A stretch of 64,000 nt of DNA from the human T2T-CHM13v2.0 reference genome, Homo sapiens. Below the pieces are notes generated by a model, which searched no databases, was not told the DNA's origin, and worked only from the letters and a program-made list of their open reading frames with translations. How positions within the stretch are numbered: position 1 is the stretch's first letter; the number at the start of each line of letters is the position of its first letter. Shown here piece by piece: positions 1 through 13,474 of this stretch. The stretch lies in NCBI RefSeq assembly GCF_009914755.1, contig NC_060931.1. One strand, written 5' to 3'. The position numbers were made by a program, and so were the translations under genes.

Positions 1-1392
<1,392 letters not shown>

Positions 1393-1759
1393 GAATAGTC
1401 ACAAAAGCTACCTTTCCATGTCATTGCCAGCATTTCACCCCTCCCTGCCTTGTCACCTGACCTCTTTGTTGGCCTGGTCCACCCTGCCTGACTTACCCAC
1501 TCTAGGCTCATCACATTCATTATCTGAAGCTTCCAATTCACCTTAGGGGTTTGCAGTTAAGGTGTTTCTGTAATTTGGTGTGTTTCATTTTAGGTGTCTC
1601 ATTTAAAAACACAGATTTCAGGGAATTTAAATGACATGGCTAAGCCAGTTACAGAAGACAGGAAAAGACAGGATTCACAGATACTGTTTTCTAAGCCAGT
1701 GTCTTCCTCCTCCTCCACGCTCCTTTCCATAAAAATGATGCCTTTCACCAGAGAAGTGT

Positions 1760-1900
1760 CGTGGCCGTGATGAGCCACTTAACCTCCCTGAGCCCCAATT
1801 TCCTCATCTGTCAGAGGGAATTATGAGTTCTGTCCTGCCTATCTTGTATGGCAGCTGCAAGAAGCAAATAAGATAATGTATGTGAAGAAGTTTCTGAAGT
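1760..1900 (+). mobile_element. MIR fragment
   Basis: MIR core cacttaacctccctgagccccaatttcctcatctgt. Confidence 0.75.
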
Positions 1901-1904
1901 GCTA

Positions 1905-2821
1905 ATAAAAAATTAAAAGTGTCATTTTATTATCTGCACATGAAAGACAACTCATGAGCACTGGGATTAAAAATACCAGATTTAACCTCTTACTGTGTTG
2001 CCATGGCAAATAATGAAAGCTGTTTGGGCTTAATGTTTTTCCAAACTATGAAATAACAATGTTAAACAAAATGTTCGCACAGTCCCTACTAGGGATGGAA
2101 CCAAGGTTTGTGGGAAACTGATGGTGACTAATGCCTTCCCACCTACCAATTAAAATAGCCTTCAAGACATCAGAAGAAGTAGCAAACTTGCAAAAGATTA
2201 AGAGTGCTTAAGAATTCTTAGAAACGTTCTTCTTTAAAGTACAATGCCTTTGGGTTTTCAGTAAGATTACTGATTGTGCTTCGATTAAACTAAAGTCTCA
2301 TTAGAAAGTTCCAAAATAAGGCCTAGGAAGACTAATGAAAATTCATTCCATTTTTAAAAGCTAAGATTGACAGTAAGTGTATTGCCAGAATTTGCAAGGG
2401 TTTTATATTAATTACAACATCAAGGAAGCTGGATTTAGAATTGTCCCTGGGAGTCTACCACATTCAAAATCCATCACACAGGGCTGCTGCTCACAGATTA
2501 CAATTGTTCTTCCCCGGGAGGAAGGAGCGGCCATCCTCGGCTGAGCTGTAGCTGCTGTGAGACAGCAGAGAAATGTATGCTCCCAATCAGAGGATGAGGT
2601 CAGGGAAGACAGGAAGAGGTCCGATGTCCAAGCAATCTGGGAATTGGGGTTTTTCATCGATGCCACCATCTCTTCAACATCAGTAAACAAGCAGAACCAC
2701 GTGAAGTGAATCGCTGGACATTTACTCCCAGGCTTTCCTTGTTCAGCAGTTACAGATTGGAGATGGGAACTCACAAAGGACAAGGGTGGATGTTAGAAAT
2801 GCTGAGACCAATACTCCTACC
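1905..2821 (-). ncRNA. Candidate terminal exon of a minus-strand (likely noncoding) transcript
   Basis: Minus-strand acceptor ttgtctgctttcag| at 2822/2821; unique sequence; minus-strand AATAAA at 1926-1931. Based on splice signals only. Confidence 0.3.
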
Positions 2822-3229
2822 CTGAAAGCAGACAATAGGTCTTGATATAGCCCTCTCTTTTAGTTCTTATTTTGCAAAAAGAGAAAATTCATGCATAAAT
2901 ACATTGAAAAATAAATGAACCCAAAACAGTGGGATTTAATGAAAAGGGTACATGTTGATCACAAAACCAATCAGATACAAGTGTTACTACTATGTTTTAA
3001 ATAAATGTAATAATATATAAAGCCTTAAATTATTTGTAACCACTTTTCACAGTCTATTCCAAGACAAATGGATCCAAACATGGAAAAAATAATCAATATA
3101 TCAATTCAAAGGTTTTGTAATCAAAGCATTATGGGGGTGGGTAAAAGGATATGTTTACAACATTATAAAAATGTTTTTGAAAAATATCAAAACATGAAAT
3201 TTTACACAAAATATGGTAATAACTAATAT

Positions 3230-3520
3230 TACCAAGTACTCACAATGTGCCAACCACATTTCTGATATTTACACATACTAACTTATTTCATTCTCATAAA
3301 CATGTGAAGTAGACACTGCAGTTTTCTCTTTTGAAGGAAGAAACTTGATTCAAAGAGGTTGAGTAATGTGAATCTGTGACATAATGTCACCAAGACAGTA
3401 TGGTAGAATCTCAATGACTCAATGTCACCAAGATGGTATGGTAGAATCTCAGTGACTCAATGTCACCAAGATGGTATGGTAGAATCAGAATTTAAAATAC
3501 TCTCTGGTTTCAGATTCCTC
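3230..3520 (-). mobile_element. MIR fragment containing an internal tandem triplication
   Basis: Antisense MIR (ttatttcattctcataaac...gaagaaactt...agaggttgagtaa). Confidence 0.65.
3383..3486. repeat. 38-bp tandem repeat, about 2.7 copies
   Basis: Unit aatgtcaccaagatggtatggtagaatctcagtgactc at 3383, 3421 and 3459 (partial). Confidence 0.95.
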
Positions 3521-3556
3521 ACTTATAATGACAGTGCTACATTAACAACAGCAACA

Positions 3557-4182
3557 ACACATATGTACAGTATACACACATACAGTATACACATACACAC
3601 ACAACATATACAACATATACATATAGTGTACACACATACAGTATACACACACATATGGTATACACATATACAACATATGCATACAGTATACACACAGTAT
3701 ACACACATATAGTATACACGTATACACACAGTATACACACACAGTATACACACAGTATACACATACACAGTATACACATATACACACATACAGTATATAA
3801 CATATACACACAGTATACACACATACAGTATACACATATACACACATACAATATACAACATATGCATGCAGTATACACACAGTATACACACACATACAGT
3901 ATACACATGGGCAGTATACACACATGCACACACATGCAGTATACAACATGCATACAGTATACACACAGTATACACACATATACAGTATACACTTATACAC
4001 AGTGTACAACATATACATACAGTATACACACATACATAGAGTATACACATGCATACATACTATACACATATACACACACAGAATAAACATACATAGAGTA
4101 TACACATGCAGTATACACATACATACACACATACATTATACAACATATATATACAGTATGCACACAGTATACACACACATAT
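3557..4182. repeat. Compound CA/TA-rich low-complexity repeat built on cagtatacac(a)n
   Basis: Dozens of cagtatacac motifs interleaved with (CA)n/(TA)n; explains the six overlapping low-complexity ORFs. Confidence 0.95.
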
Positions 4183-4739
4183 AATTAATGCTAGAAGGCT
4201 ATACACAGGAACACTATTGATTGTTGTATTAAGCTATAGGACTCAAGGATATTTACAGTCTTGTACAACTTAATAATTTTTATTATGAAAGCCCCTCTAT
4301 TAATACTTCTAAAATGTTAAAGTACTTTATCTAAAAAAATAATTTTACCATCCATCGACTCAGACATGAGCAACAGGATAAACATAAACAGTACGAAAGA
4401 CACCATCTGTACAATTGTGTAGACAAATCCAAGTGTATTTTATTCTTGTTAAAGTAAGCATGTTGATTCAGTGATGTATTGTTTCCAAGTTGACTTAATT
4501 TAGGTGGCCTATTCCATTCTTTCTATTTAGGGCTTCTTTATTTCTTTAGTTGTATTTATACATTGTTTAAAACAATGCTTTTAAATCAGATAGTATAAAA
4601 AGGTAAAATCATTAATAATATTCAAATAAGTGGACCAGACCGTAGAACCTGAAAGGAAGTAAACTGTGCACAACACATTCAAGATGATGCAGTGAGTGTG
4701 AGTTTAAACTACCTGTTGCTCAGGCCATGTTGAACAGGA

Positions 4740-5197
4740 ACTAGTGCAAGGAGCACAGGCTCAGGCAGCCACATTTTGGGATCATTTCAGATCTTAAACC
4801 CTGTGCATCAATTTCTCCTTCCATAAACTAGGGATAATAATAGAACCTGTATCATAAGGTTGTTGGGAAAATTAAATAAAATGTTGTCATAAAATGTAAT
4901 GTTGGTGTGAGGTTCTTTTGTTTGTTTGCTTTTTTTGATACGGGGTCTCACTGTGCTGCCCAGGCTGGAGTACAGTGTTGTGATCCTGGCTCACTGCAGC
5001 CTCAACCTCCTGGGCCCAAGCCATCCTCCCACGTCAGCCTCTGGAGTAGCTGGGACTACAAGAACACAGATTCATGCCCGGCTAATTTTTTTCAGTTTTT
5101 GTGTAGTGACAGAGTCTCACTAGGTTGCCTAGACTGATTTTTAATTAGAACAGTGCTTGCTATATAGTAAGTGTTCAAAAGATGTTAACTACTATTC
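4740..5197 (+). mobile_element. MIR split by an AluJ
   Basis: gggataataatagaacct...ggttgttgggaaaattaaat before the Alu; ttagaacagtgcttgc...agtaagtgttcaa after it. Confidence 0.75.
4915..5136 (-). mobile_element. AluJ, truncated
   Basis: Antisense right arm with J-type ctcactgcagcctcaacctcctggg plus a partial left arm. Confidence 0.9.
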
Positions 5198-5324
5198 TGA
5201 TTTAGGAAATAAGGTAACGGGCAATGGAAATAAGCAGCACCATGGCTTCCTATGTTCCCTTACAGAAAGGTAATTCCTGTGGGTAGTGGGTGGATAAGGC
5301 TGCCTTGGATGAAAATGAATAGAC

Positions 5325-5480
5325 TAGAGCCTTTCTACCCCGTGTGTTTCTGAGATTAGCAGCACCTTCATCACCAGCAAGTTTGTTAGAAATGAAGAAT
5401 CTCAGCGCCCTCCCACATGCCTGAATCAAAATCTGCATTTCAGCAAGACCTCCCGGGAGATGCTGTTCAGGAAGCCCTGA
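5325..5480. mobile_element. MER5 (hAT-Charlie MITE)
   Basis: ttgttagaaatgaagaatctcag...ctgaatcaaaatctgcatttcagcaagacctccc. Confidence 0.8.
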
Positions 5481-7495
5481 TCCAGAGCACAGATGCACAG
5501 ACGCGGCTTGTTATTGTGTGGCTGTCCTCACACCTGAGGTCAGAGGCTTGGCTGCATGCTACCCCTCCAGCCTCCTTCCTGAGGTCTCTGGGTTCGGGAG
5601 TCCCATCTTCATTTGGTGAAGCACTCCTTCAGCCAAACTCGGCCCGGCCAAGACAATCACCTGTCACTAATTTTCCTGCCATTCGGTTTAAAGCCTATGA
5701 TAAAGAAAATATCTAAAAAGAAATTGCTATCTGAAATTTTGATTCTATTTTATTTCTATTGCAAATTGCTTCTAGCAGAACCTGACAAAAATAACCCCTG
5801 CTCTTTCTGAAAATGATCACGAGTCACCATAAGGGCACAGTATGCCTTACTAAATTACACTGTCAACTGGAAATTAGCAATTGACCTGCGCATCCCTTTT
5901 TAATAAGAACATCCCTGCTGGTATTGATTTATAGGGAGCATTATTTCCTATTGCAGTATGAGTAGTAATAATTTTTCCTTGGAGGCACCTTAAGTTTTTA
6001 AGAGTTCCTGTAACAAAGGAGATTTTAACAAGGCAGGAGTAATTTTATGTGATTGTAGGCTGTTTGTTATGCACTGGTGATTTATTTAATTGAACATGAT
6101 AGAGAAGACTCCAGTATTACAAATACACATCACCAACAACCGCTTTACACGCATCTGAAAATAGAAAGGGAACACGAGATGATGAAAGCATCGAGGCATT
6201 TTTAAACTCATGAAGAGAAAAGGCACTCAGGAAAAGTGGACATCTAGAATGTCCACTTGTCTAGTTGGTATTTAATTTGTCTACACACTGAGCATTCTAT
6301 ATTGACATTAGTAGGTGTTAACTCCTGGGCTCATACCCTGTGTCCTAACATGACTGTAATTATCTGCTCTTATTCAATGAACCAGATTTTTGGTGTCACT
6401 CTGGTTTTCTTGACTGCTTTGCCCACCAGTAAGAGAGAGTGTCATTGAAATGGAGGAAGGTGATTACCATTTGGGCAGATGCCTTGGTAATCTCAAACTT
6501 TCAAAAGAGAATATCAACACTACCTCAAGTGATTATTTGTTAAGTCAAGTGGCTTGTTCCCCATTAGGAAGCAGATTCAGTGCACTCAAGCTACTCATCT
6601 GGGGCACACAGCCTTGAGCTCATTGCTACTCAGAATTTATTAAAATTCTATTGAGCTAATCCACACTTCAGGGGAAAGACTGCTATCTTTCCCTGCCTGA
6701 AGATACTTCCTCATCTCTAAGTCAAAAGAAATCAGACATCTAGGTAGCTAGGCCTTGTCACACTGGCCATGAGAATACTTACTCTCATTCTAGTTCACTT
6801 TAGTGTGATAGCACATACATCTAATGAGTATCATATGAAAAATAAAAAAGCTGTGAACACATTAACGGAGCTTATGTAAATGATGCTGTCAAGGATAATT
6901 TTATGTACCGCATGCAGTGATTATCTCTGAGAGGAAGTCCTCTTCGGTGCTCATAAGAAATTAGTTGTATGTCTTCTGAAAATTTAGTTTATTTTCATCT
7001 TGTGGACAATGATTTATGTAACGAAAAGGCTTTCCTTTCTGCTTTCTCTGCTGGAAAGCTTCTGGCTGACCCAGTTTTTTCAACTTTGTCTGATTTCTGG
7101 CACCATTTTTTGTCTCCATCTTTAGTCTATTTTCTGATGCGTCCACTTTTAACATTTATTATCTGCTTGGATTTTAATTTTCTTTGTAAACTACCATAAA
7201 TCTTTAATAAGAAGTAGGTAAGTTAACAGCAGAGACAGGTGACTGCCATCAGGAGACCATGTGCCCACCCAAAGCCATGCACACATGAAGGACACATCCT
7301 TCTGAACAATGCATCTAGAAACCACCATGGGCATCCTATTGTGCACTTTAATTTCTTATTAAACAAAATAACAAAACGAAATTGCATTGATAAAACAAGG
7401 CAAAACTTTACTGACCACGAGATTCTTATTCCTGAGATAAACAGGCAAATGGGAGAAAAGGAGTTTTAAATGAAAAATAACTGATGCTTACTCAC

Positions 7496-7650
7496 CTCCT
7501 CCATTTACATGAATAAAGATAATTTCTATTTATGAAAACGGTCCCTCTTTAATAACTCTCTAGAGGTTCTTGACTTCTGAAGAATTTTCCTCTGAGAGAT
7601 TTTACATTATCAGGAATACCTTGAGATGGAGGATTAATTTAAACTATTCC
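7496..7650 (-). ncRNA. Candidate internal exon of a minus-strand noncoding transcript
   Basis: Acceptor tttcttcacttggcttcag| and consensus donor GAG|GTGAGT; 155 nt with stops in all three frames. Confidence 0.35.
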
Positions 7651-7714
7651 CTGAAGCCAAGTGAAGAAACTTTTTAAAGCAAGAACAGAAGAGCAAGTTG
7701 TTTAACTGCTGCTG

Positions 7715-8870
7715 TCACATGGAAAAAAATGAGGACCGAGAAATAGTAGTCACTGGAATTGAAAACATAAATATCACAAATGACCTTGAGTGAGGTTTCT
7801 GTAGAATGGTAGGAGTGGAGGCTTGTTGCACGGGTTCAAGAAGGAATGAGAGAATGTAAAATGAAGGAAAGAAGTGTAGAAAATGTTTTCAAGAAATTTT
7901 TCTAAAAAATGAGCAGATAGGGAGGGCATTGCTGGAGGGGAACACAGAGTCAAGGGAGGACTTTTTTAGTTTTTTTTTTTTAAGCTTACATGTATGATGA
8001 TGAAAATGGTCCAACAGAGAAAAAAAAAAAACCTAATAATATAAAACACAGATGATTCAAGCACGTGCCTGAGTCAGAAATAGGGAATAAATGTGAGTAC
8101 AGGAATAGAGGAATCAGCTTTAGAGGCAGAAAGATGTAAATTTAATGGAAGACAAAGGAGGGAAAAAAGCATACACATAACACACACAGAAAGAGTGAGT
8201 GTGTGAGAGAGATGCAGGTATATTGGTGCGGGAGCTATGAACGTTTTCACATTTACATTTTCTCAGAGAAATAGGGAGGGACTAAAGGAGACCTCTGGAA
8301 AAGTGGAAATTAAAAAGACTAGGGAAATATGGAATTACTGTCACCAAAAACTCTCTCAAGTACACTGATTGTGAATTTAATGTGAGACCCACCAGTATCA
8401 TTGCATGTTTTCCGCTAGTCTCATTTAAAGTGCATGGGGAATTGGAATTAACTGCATGGAACATTTTGCCAGGAATAAAAGGAAAGTATGTGAAAGTGAC
8501 AACAGCAAATGACAAGGGGGCTTCTTCGGCTAGGAACGAAAGGAAGTGCGGCATGTGTGGGGTCTGAGGGACAGTGGCAAAGCTGTGGAGCAACTGATTG
8601 GAGGATTCCGTGAATGAATGAAGTTGGAGTGTAGAGAAAGGAAGCAGAAGTGATTCAAAGTGGTGGTTAGAGAGTGTAATACTTAAAATTGAGGTTGTGG
8701 AGGGGTTGTCATTATTGGTAATAACAATATTAAAGGTAAAAATAAATGACTGACCCTTGATTGTGGGCAAGATTACTAGAAGTGGAAAACTCAAGGAAAT
8801 GAGAAGTGCCAGGGTATTAAAAACATTTTCCATGAAAATACTGGCATAACCAAGAGAGTATGAATCATGA
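7715..8870 (-). mobile_element. L2 LINE relic
   Basis: Purine-rich antisense L2 texture; ORF 8282-8833 contains FNIVITNNDNPSTTSILSITLSNHH, resembling the APE endonuclease end (LDLVIT...LSDH). Confidence 0.7.
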
Positions 8871-8879
8871 GTTGTTAGA

Positions 8880-9480
8880 ATAAAAAGAACACCTAGGAAT
8901 ACAAGTGAAAGCCATTCAAAAGAAAATTATAACACATGATTACAAAACAAAAGAGCTGAAAAAGTGAGAGATTTACAATGTGTTCGTAGATAGAAAGGCT
9001 AAATATCATAAAGATGACAATGCTTCCCAAATTAATCTATAAATTCAGAGTAACTGTCATAAAAATCTCGAGTTATTCACAGAACTTGACCAGATTGAAA
9101 AGTAAACAAAAACAGAGCTACATAAAAAATCATAATTGTGAAATTTTGAACATCAAGGATAAAGAACAAATCTTAAAGCCTCCAAGAAAGAAAACCAGCT
9201 CAAGAAAGCCTTTCAAAGGCCTAGAGATCAGTAGGGCATTTGACTTTTCAGAGCATTTCTGACACCGAAAAACAATGCGGCAATGAATTCAAAGTTGAAT
9301 ATTTCAAAAAAAAATTTTAAAGGAAGAAGACAAAGATCTCCTAACTACTCATTCTCAGGAAGTTAATGGAGACTATACTTCATTGGAGAAAAGTAGAATA
9401 CAGGCCAAGAAATTAGAAGCCATGAGATCTGCGGTGAGAGAGGAGAAGGAACGTCTCAGGAAGGCAGTTATGAAATGCGT
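8880..9480 (+). mobile_element. Old L1M ORF2 fragment followed by an ORF1/HAL1-like fragment
   Basis: KMTMLPKLIYKF resembles L1 ORF2 KMAILPKVIYRF; then NIKDKEQILK...AFDFS resembles the ORF1 C-terminus. Confidence 0.65.
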
Positions 9481-9526
9481 CATAAGTTTTGCTGCCCAGA
9501 AAGAGCCTCTTAACAATTTTCCCTAA

Positions 9527-9710
9527 ATCAATGATTCTCAAATAGTAGCTCTCAATTCACCTGGAAACTTGTGAAAAATGTAAATTCTCAGGGCTCTTCC
9601 CAGATCTACAGGATCAAAATCCCTGTGGCTGGGGACACAGCAATCCAAATCCACACTGCATTTAGCCCTCTCAAGGCTTCTGCTGCAACACAGGTGTGAG
9701 AGCCTCTGGC
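9527..9710. mobile_element. MER5A
   Basis: caatgattctcaaa...cacctggaaacttgtgaaaaatgtaaattctcaggg. Confidence 0.75.
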
Positions 9711-10084
9711 TGGGTGCCCCAATTCTCAGATGTCTTTCTTGTCACACCTATTTCCCTAAGGCCTGTTCTAGGTTTCTAACATGGGTTTATTTTTTAATGA
9801 GTTTTAGTCTTATTTTGAAAATAATACATGATCTCAACTGATATTTTGGAAAATATAGAAAAACATAAATGAAAAAGAAAAATCCTCTACAATTTCATAA
9901 TCCAGAAAATAATATAGTAAACATGTATATATATATATTTGAATTATGTGGCATATACATTTTTAATATTTTTATTCAAATTTATATAATATTTTCTATA
10001 TTATTCAAATATCTTCTAAAACCCTATTGTACTGCCTGCATGTTTCATAATATAGTAGTAGTATGATTTATAAAAATGCTCTTT

Positions 10085-10717
10085 TGATATAGGACTTAAG
10101 AAGAAATTACTTAGGCAGATAGTGAGGGTATGGGAGTCCTCAGTAAGGTTTTTGTTTTAATGAAAAGCAGCCCCAAAACCAATTTCTTTTTCAACAAAGA
10201 GCAGCCTGTAATATCAAGCTGCAGACATAGACAAGCAAGCTGGAAGCTTGCACAGAGGAATGTTGGCAGTTGTGCCAATAGGAAAAAGCTACCTGGGACT
10301 AGGCATGTTCAAAATGGCGGTTCTATCTTCCCTTCTCTTTGCCAAACCACAGGTACAGTAAGAAGAAAATATGGCACCAGCCAGGCAAAGACTCCATTTG
10401 CATAATAATATTAGGGTGGGGCAACCAGCCTTCTCCGTGTGCTATGTAAACGTCACACCTGATCAAACCAATCTGTGGGCCCTAATTAAATCAGACACTG
10501 CCACCTCAAGCCTGTCTATAAAATCTAGTGCAGTCTGCCATGGGCGGGATTCTCCTTTCAGAAGCCCCTCTCTCTCATAAGGGAGAAAGCTGTTCTCCTT
10601 TCTCTTTCTTTTGCTTATTAAACCTCCGCTCCTAAACTTGTCATGTGTGTCTGTGTCCTAAATCTTCTTGGCAAGAGACAGTGAACCCCAGGTATTTACC
10701 CCAATGATACCACTTCA
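10085..10717 (+). mobile_element. Complete ERV1 solo LTR, MER51-like
   Basis: TG...CA ends, perfect 4-bp TSD CTTT (10081-84 and 10718-21), TATAAAA at 10517, ATTAAA at 10617. Confidence 0.85.
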
Positions 10718-10799
10718 CTTTTATCGATGGTTCTTAGAATTGTTTGAAAGAATATGTAAGCTGAAATGAATTTCATGATGCTTCTTTGTGGTTCTGTGT

Positions 10800-11030
10800 C
10801 ATGGTTACAGGCACAGACTTTGCAGGCAGAGACCTGAGTGTTACTCCAAGATGTGCCATTCACTAGTTGAATAGGTTTTTGCATGTAATTCACCTCTCAG
10901 AGTTTCAGTTCCTCATCTGTAAAATGAGGATGTTAGAATTCTTCATCTAGAATCATAATGAGGCTTGAACAGTGTAATAGAAAAGTGGTTAGTCCAGTGC
11001 CTATCTGTAACAACTGCTAACAAGCGTGAG
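10800..11030 (+). mobile_element. MIR
   Basis: cacctctcagagtttcagttcctcatctgtaaaatgaggat. Confidence 0.8.
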
Positions 11031-11329
11031 GCTGCAGTAGAAATAATATTGATATCAGGAGTAATAGTCACATGTCTCATTATTGGGTCTTATAAATTGT
11101 TAATACATTATTGGGTTTTAAAGCCAAATTTATTGTGGTCACAACTTGGATTGGTAAGTCTTTTGTTTTCCCTTCCAGATAATGTTTTATTGCTTTAACA
11201 TCTAACTGATAATTTGTGAGAGTGGTCATCCTATCAAATCCCTACCAGCATGGGACATCTGCCATGACCGTTTAATAGGCAAAAGACAACACATTGTTGT
11301 AATTTGTTGTTGTTTATGTTAACAGTGTT

Positions 11330-11420
11330 GATCAATAGTAAACAACAATGTATTATTCATTTAAGCATTTATTAAGAGGGTGGATGTTACATTAAGTGTT
11401 TTTACCACAATAAAAATTTT
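11330..11420 (+). mobile_element. L1M 3'-end fragment
   Basis: aacaacaatgtatt...aagagggtggat...taagtgtttttaccacaataaaaa. Confidence 0.6.
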
Positions 11421-11897
11421 TTAAGTGTTAAATATTCTTTATGCACATAAAAATTATATTTCCTAGCACTAAATCTGCCCAAATGCTTTGGTTAAGCTTT
11501 CATGGAATATTGATAGTGGAGGTGACTTCTGAAAGTAGGCTACTAATGTTTCCCTGAGAAGCATGGCGGGTGGTGTGGAGGGCTTCATTCTCAGTAGAGT
11601 AAGGAGCACACAGGAGGAGGTGTGGAATGAGGAGGACTTGAGAGGCCGTGATCTGTTTAATGTACCCCGGAAATATGTGGGTAGAATTTCAGAAAACAAG
11701 GATGGACAAATAGAGTGCAGGTTCTTTTTAAGCTATGGTAAGTTTTGTAAACTTTGTTTACAAAACAAAAATTATTTAATCAATTAATTTGCATTATCAG
11801 ATTTTGTTTTAGAATCATAATTGAAGGCAGTGAAGAGGACAAGTTGGAAAAAAGAAAGCTGAAACACAAAATGTCAGGCCTTTGGAATCATCTAGAA

Positions 11898-12105
11898 CAA
11901 GGTTGTCCAAGGCAGAGAATACAGCTATGCGTTCTTAGTTTCTGTTTCTGGTTGGGCCAGTAAACCCCTTCCTCATCCATTTTTTCCGCTTATCACTGGA
12001 GACAGAAACTAAAAACCATGGCTTCAGGCTGCTAACAGCCTAAAACAAAACAAAACAGAACAACACCACCAACAAAATAAGGGGAAGATAGGTTGGACAA
12101 GCTTG
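11898..12105 (-). mobile_element. MER30B-type hAT-Charlie MITE, complete
   Basis: Terminal inverted repeats caaggttgtccaa / ttggacaagcttg; 8-bp TSD atctagaa / gtctagaa fitting the NTCTAGAN target. Confidence 0.9.
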
Positions 12106-13266
12106 GTCTAGAAGAAAGAACAAAGCCAGTGGCTGAGGAGATGTGAAAAGAATGGAAGCAAGGACTGTTTCCGAGGTAGAATCTCTAAGTTTGTGAGCAA
12201 TTGGATTTTAGTGCTAAGAGAAAATTTAGCACTGTAATTTTTACCTTGACCAAACAAAATGGGAATTTTCACCCTAACGACTTGGAGAATATGAGGAAAA
12301 GAGGAGGAATACATGCACACACATGCATACACACATACCCTTTATTTTGGGGATTTTTTTTCTCCCATTTTTCAAACTGTCTCCCTTCTCATTTTAACAA
12401 TCTCTCTTGCTGCTGACAATCTTTTCAAGCAGTGCTCTGTGTCTGAATTTTTTTTCTTCTCCCCAATGTGTTCCTCCCTTCCAGTACTGGAAACATAGCT
12501 TCTGGGCTGAATGTCTTACTTTTGCTCCTCTAAATCTGGTCTTCACCTTTCGTCATCCTGTTGTGTGTCCCTGAAGGCTGATCAATCACACCTTGGTAAA
12601 GGGGGGTTCCTTGCCCCATCTTGCAGTTAGGCTGCCGATAAGGACCACCAGCAGAAGGGAGAAGGAGCAGAAAGGAAGAGGGGTTGGTTTTCCAGGCTCC
12701 AGCCCTCTCTGCAGGAGAGTTGCTGGCAAGGGCCCCAACCACCACACAAAGCTCTCTCTCCATCTCTCCAAATTGGTTCTGAGGATTTCGGGACGCTTCC
12801 CTTCCCTTCTCTTCTGGCTTATTCAGTCCTAGAGTTGGGAATGGAGCCTTCCCCCACTACTAAATCAGGGGTGCTGTACACTTCTTTTTGGTTTCCCTAC
12901 ATTCTGCCCACATCTATGTAAATAGTGCCTTGATTAAACTGTTGTCAAATTGCTCAAATTGAGTGTAACATCTGTTTCCTGCTGGGATGTTAACTGATAC
13001 AGAAATTGGTACTAGAAATAGCTCCAGGAAACAGCCCCTCAACATGGGATTCTAGGATTGAGTTACTCTCTTTGCCATAGGGAAGGGGGACATGAGTAAC
13101 CAACTGCATGTGGGAGATCATGATTATTCAAATTAAAGTGGAAGAGAATAAAGGGCAAGTAGAGGGCAAGTTGTTAGAAAATCGAGTTGCTGTAGCAATT
13201 AGTCCCTATAGTGAGAATATGGATTGCAAGATCATGGCATTATGTGGATTTCTGATAGCTTTAGAG

Positions 13267-13474
13267 CAGTGGTTCTCAACTGGTGGCAATTTGGCCCTCC
13301 AGGAGACTTTTGGCAATGTCTGAAGACGTTTTTGATGGTCATAACTTGGGGATGGAAGGTTACTATTGGCATCTAGTGGATAGATACCAGGGATACAGTT
13401 AAACACCCTACAATGTACAACCACTGCAGTTATCCAACCCAAAATGTCAACAGTGATGAAGTTGAGAAACTGTG
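13267..13474 (+). mobile_element. MER20 nested in the ERVL
   Basis: cagtggttctcaac...tggcaatgtctgaagac...ggcatctagtgg...caaaatgtcaacagtg...gttgagaaac. Confidence 0.9.

Noticed and set aside
3383-3486. CRISPR-like 38-bp direct repeats
   Set aside because: Head-to-tail copies with no unique spacers, in primate DNA with no cas genes.
3422-4184. Several 60-196 aa ORFs rich in C/V/Y/I or H/T
   Set aside because: Translations of the CA/TA low-complexity repeat, which lacks stops in several frames.
8282-8833. 183-aa ORF resembling a membrane protein
   Set aside because: Pyrimidine-rich L2 ORF2 relic starting at an incidental ATG.
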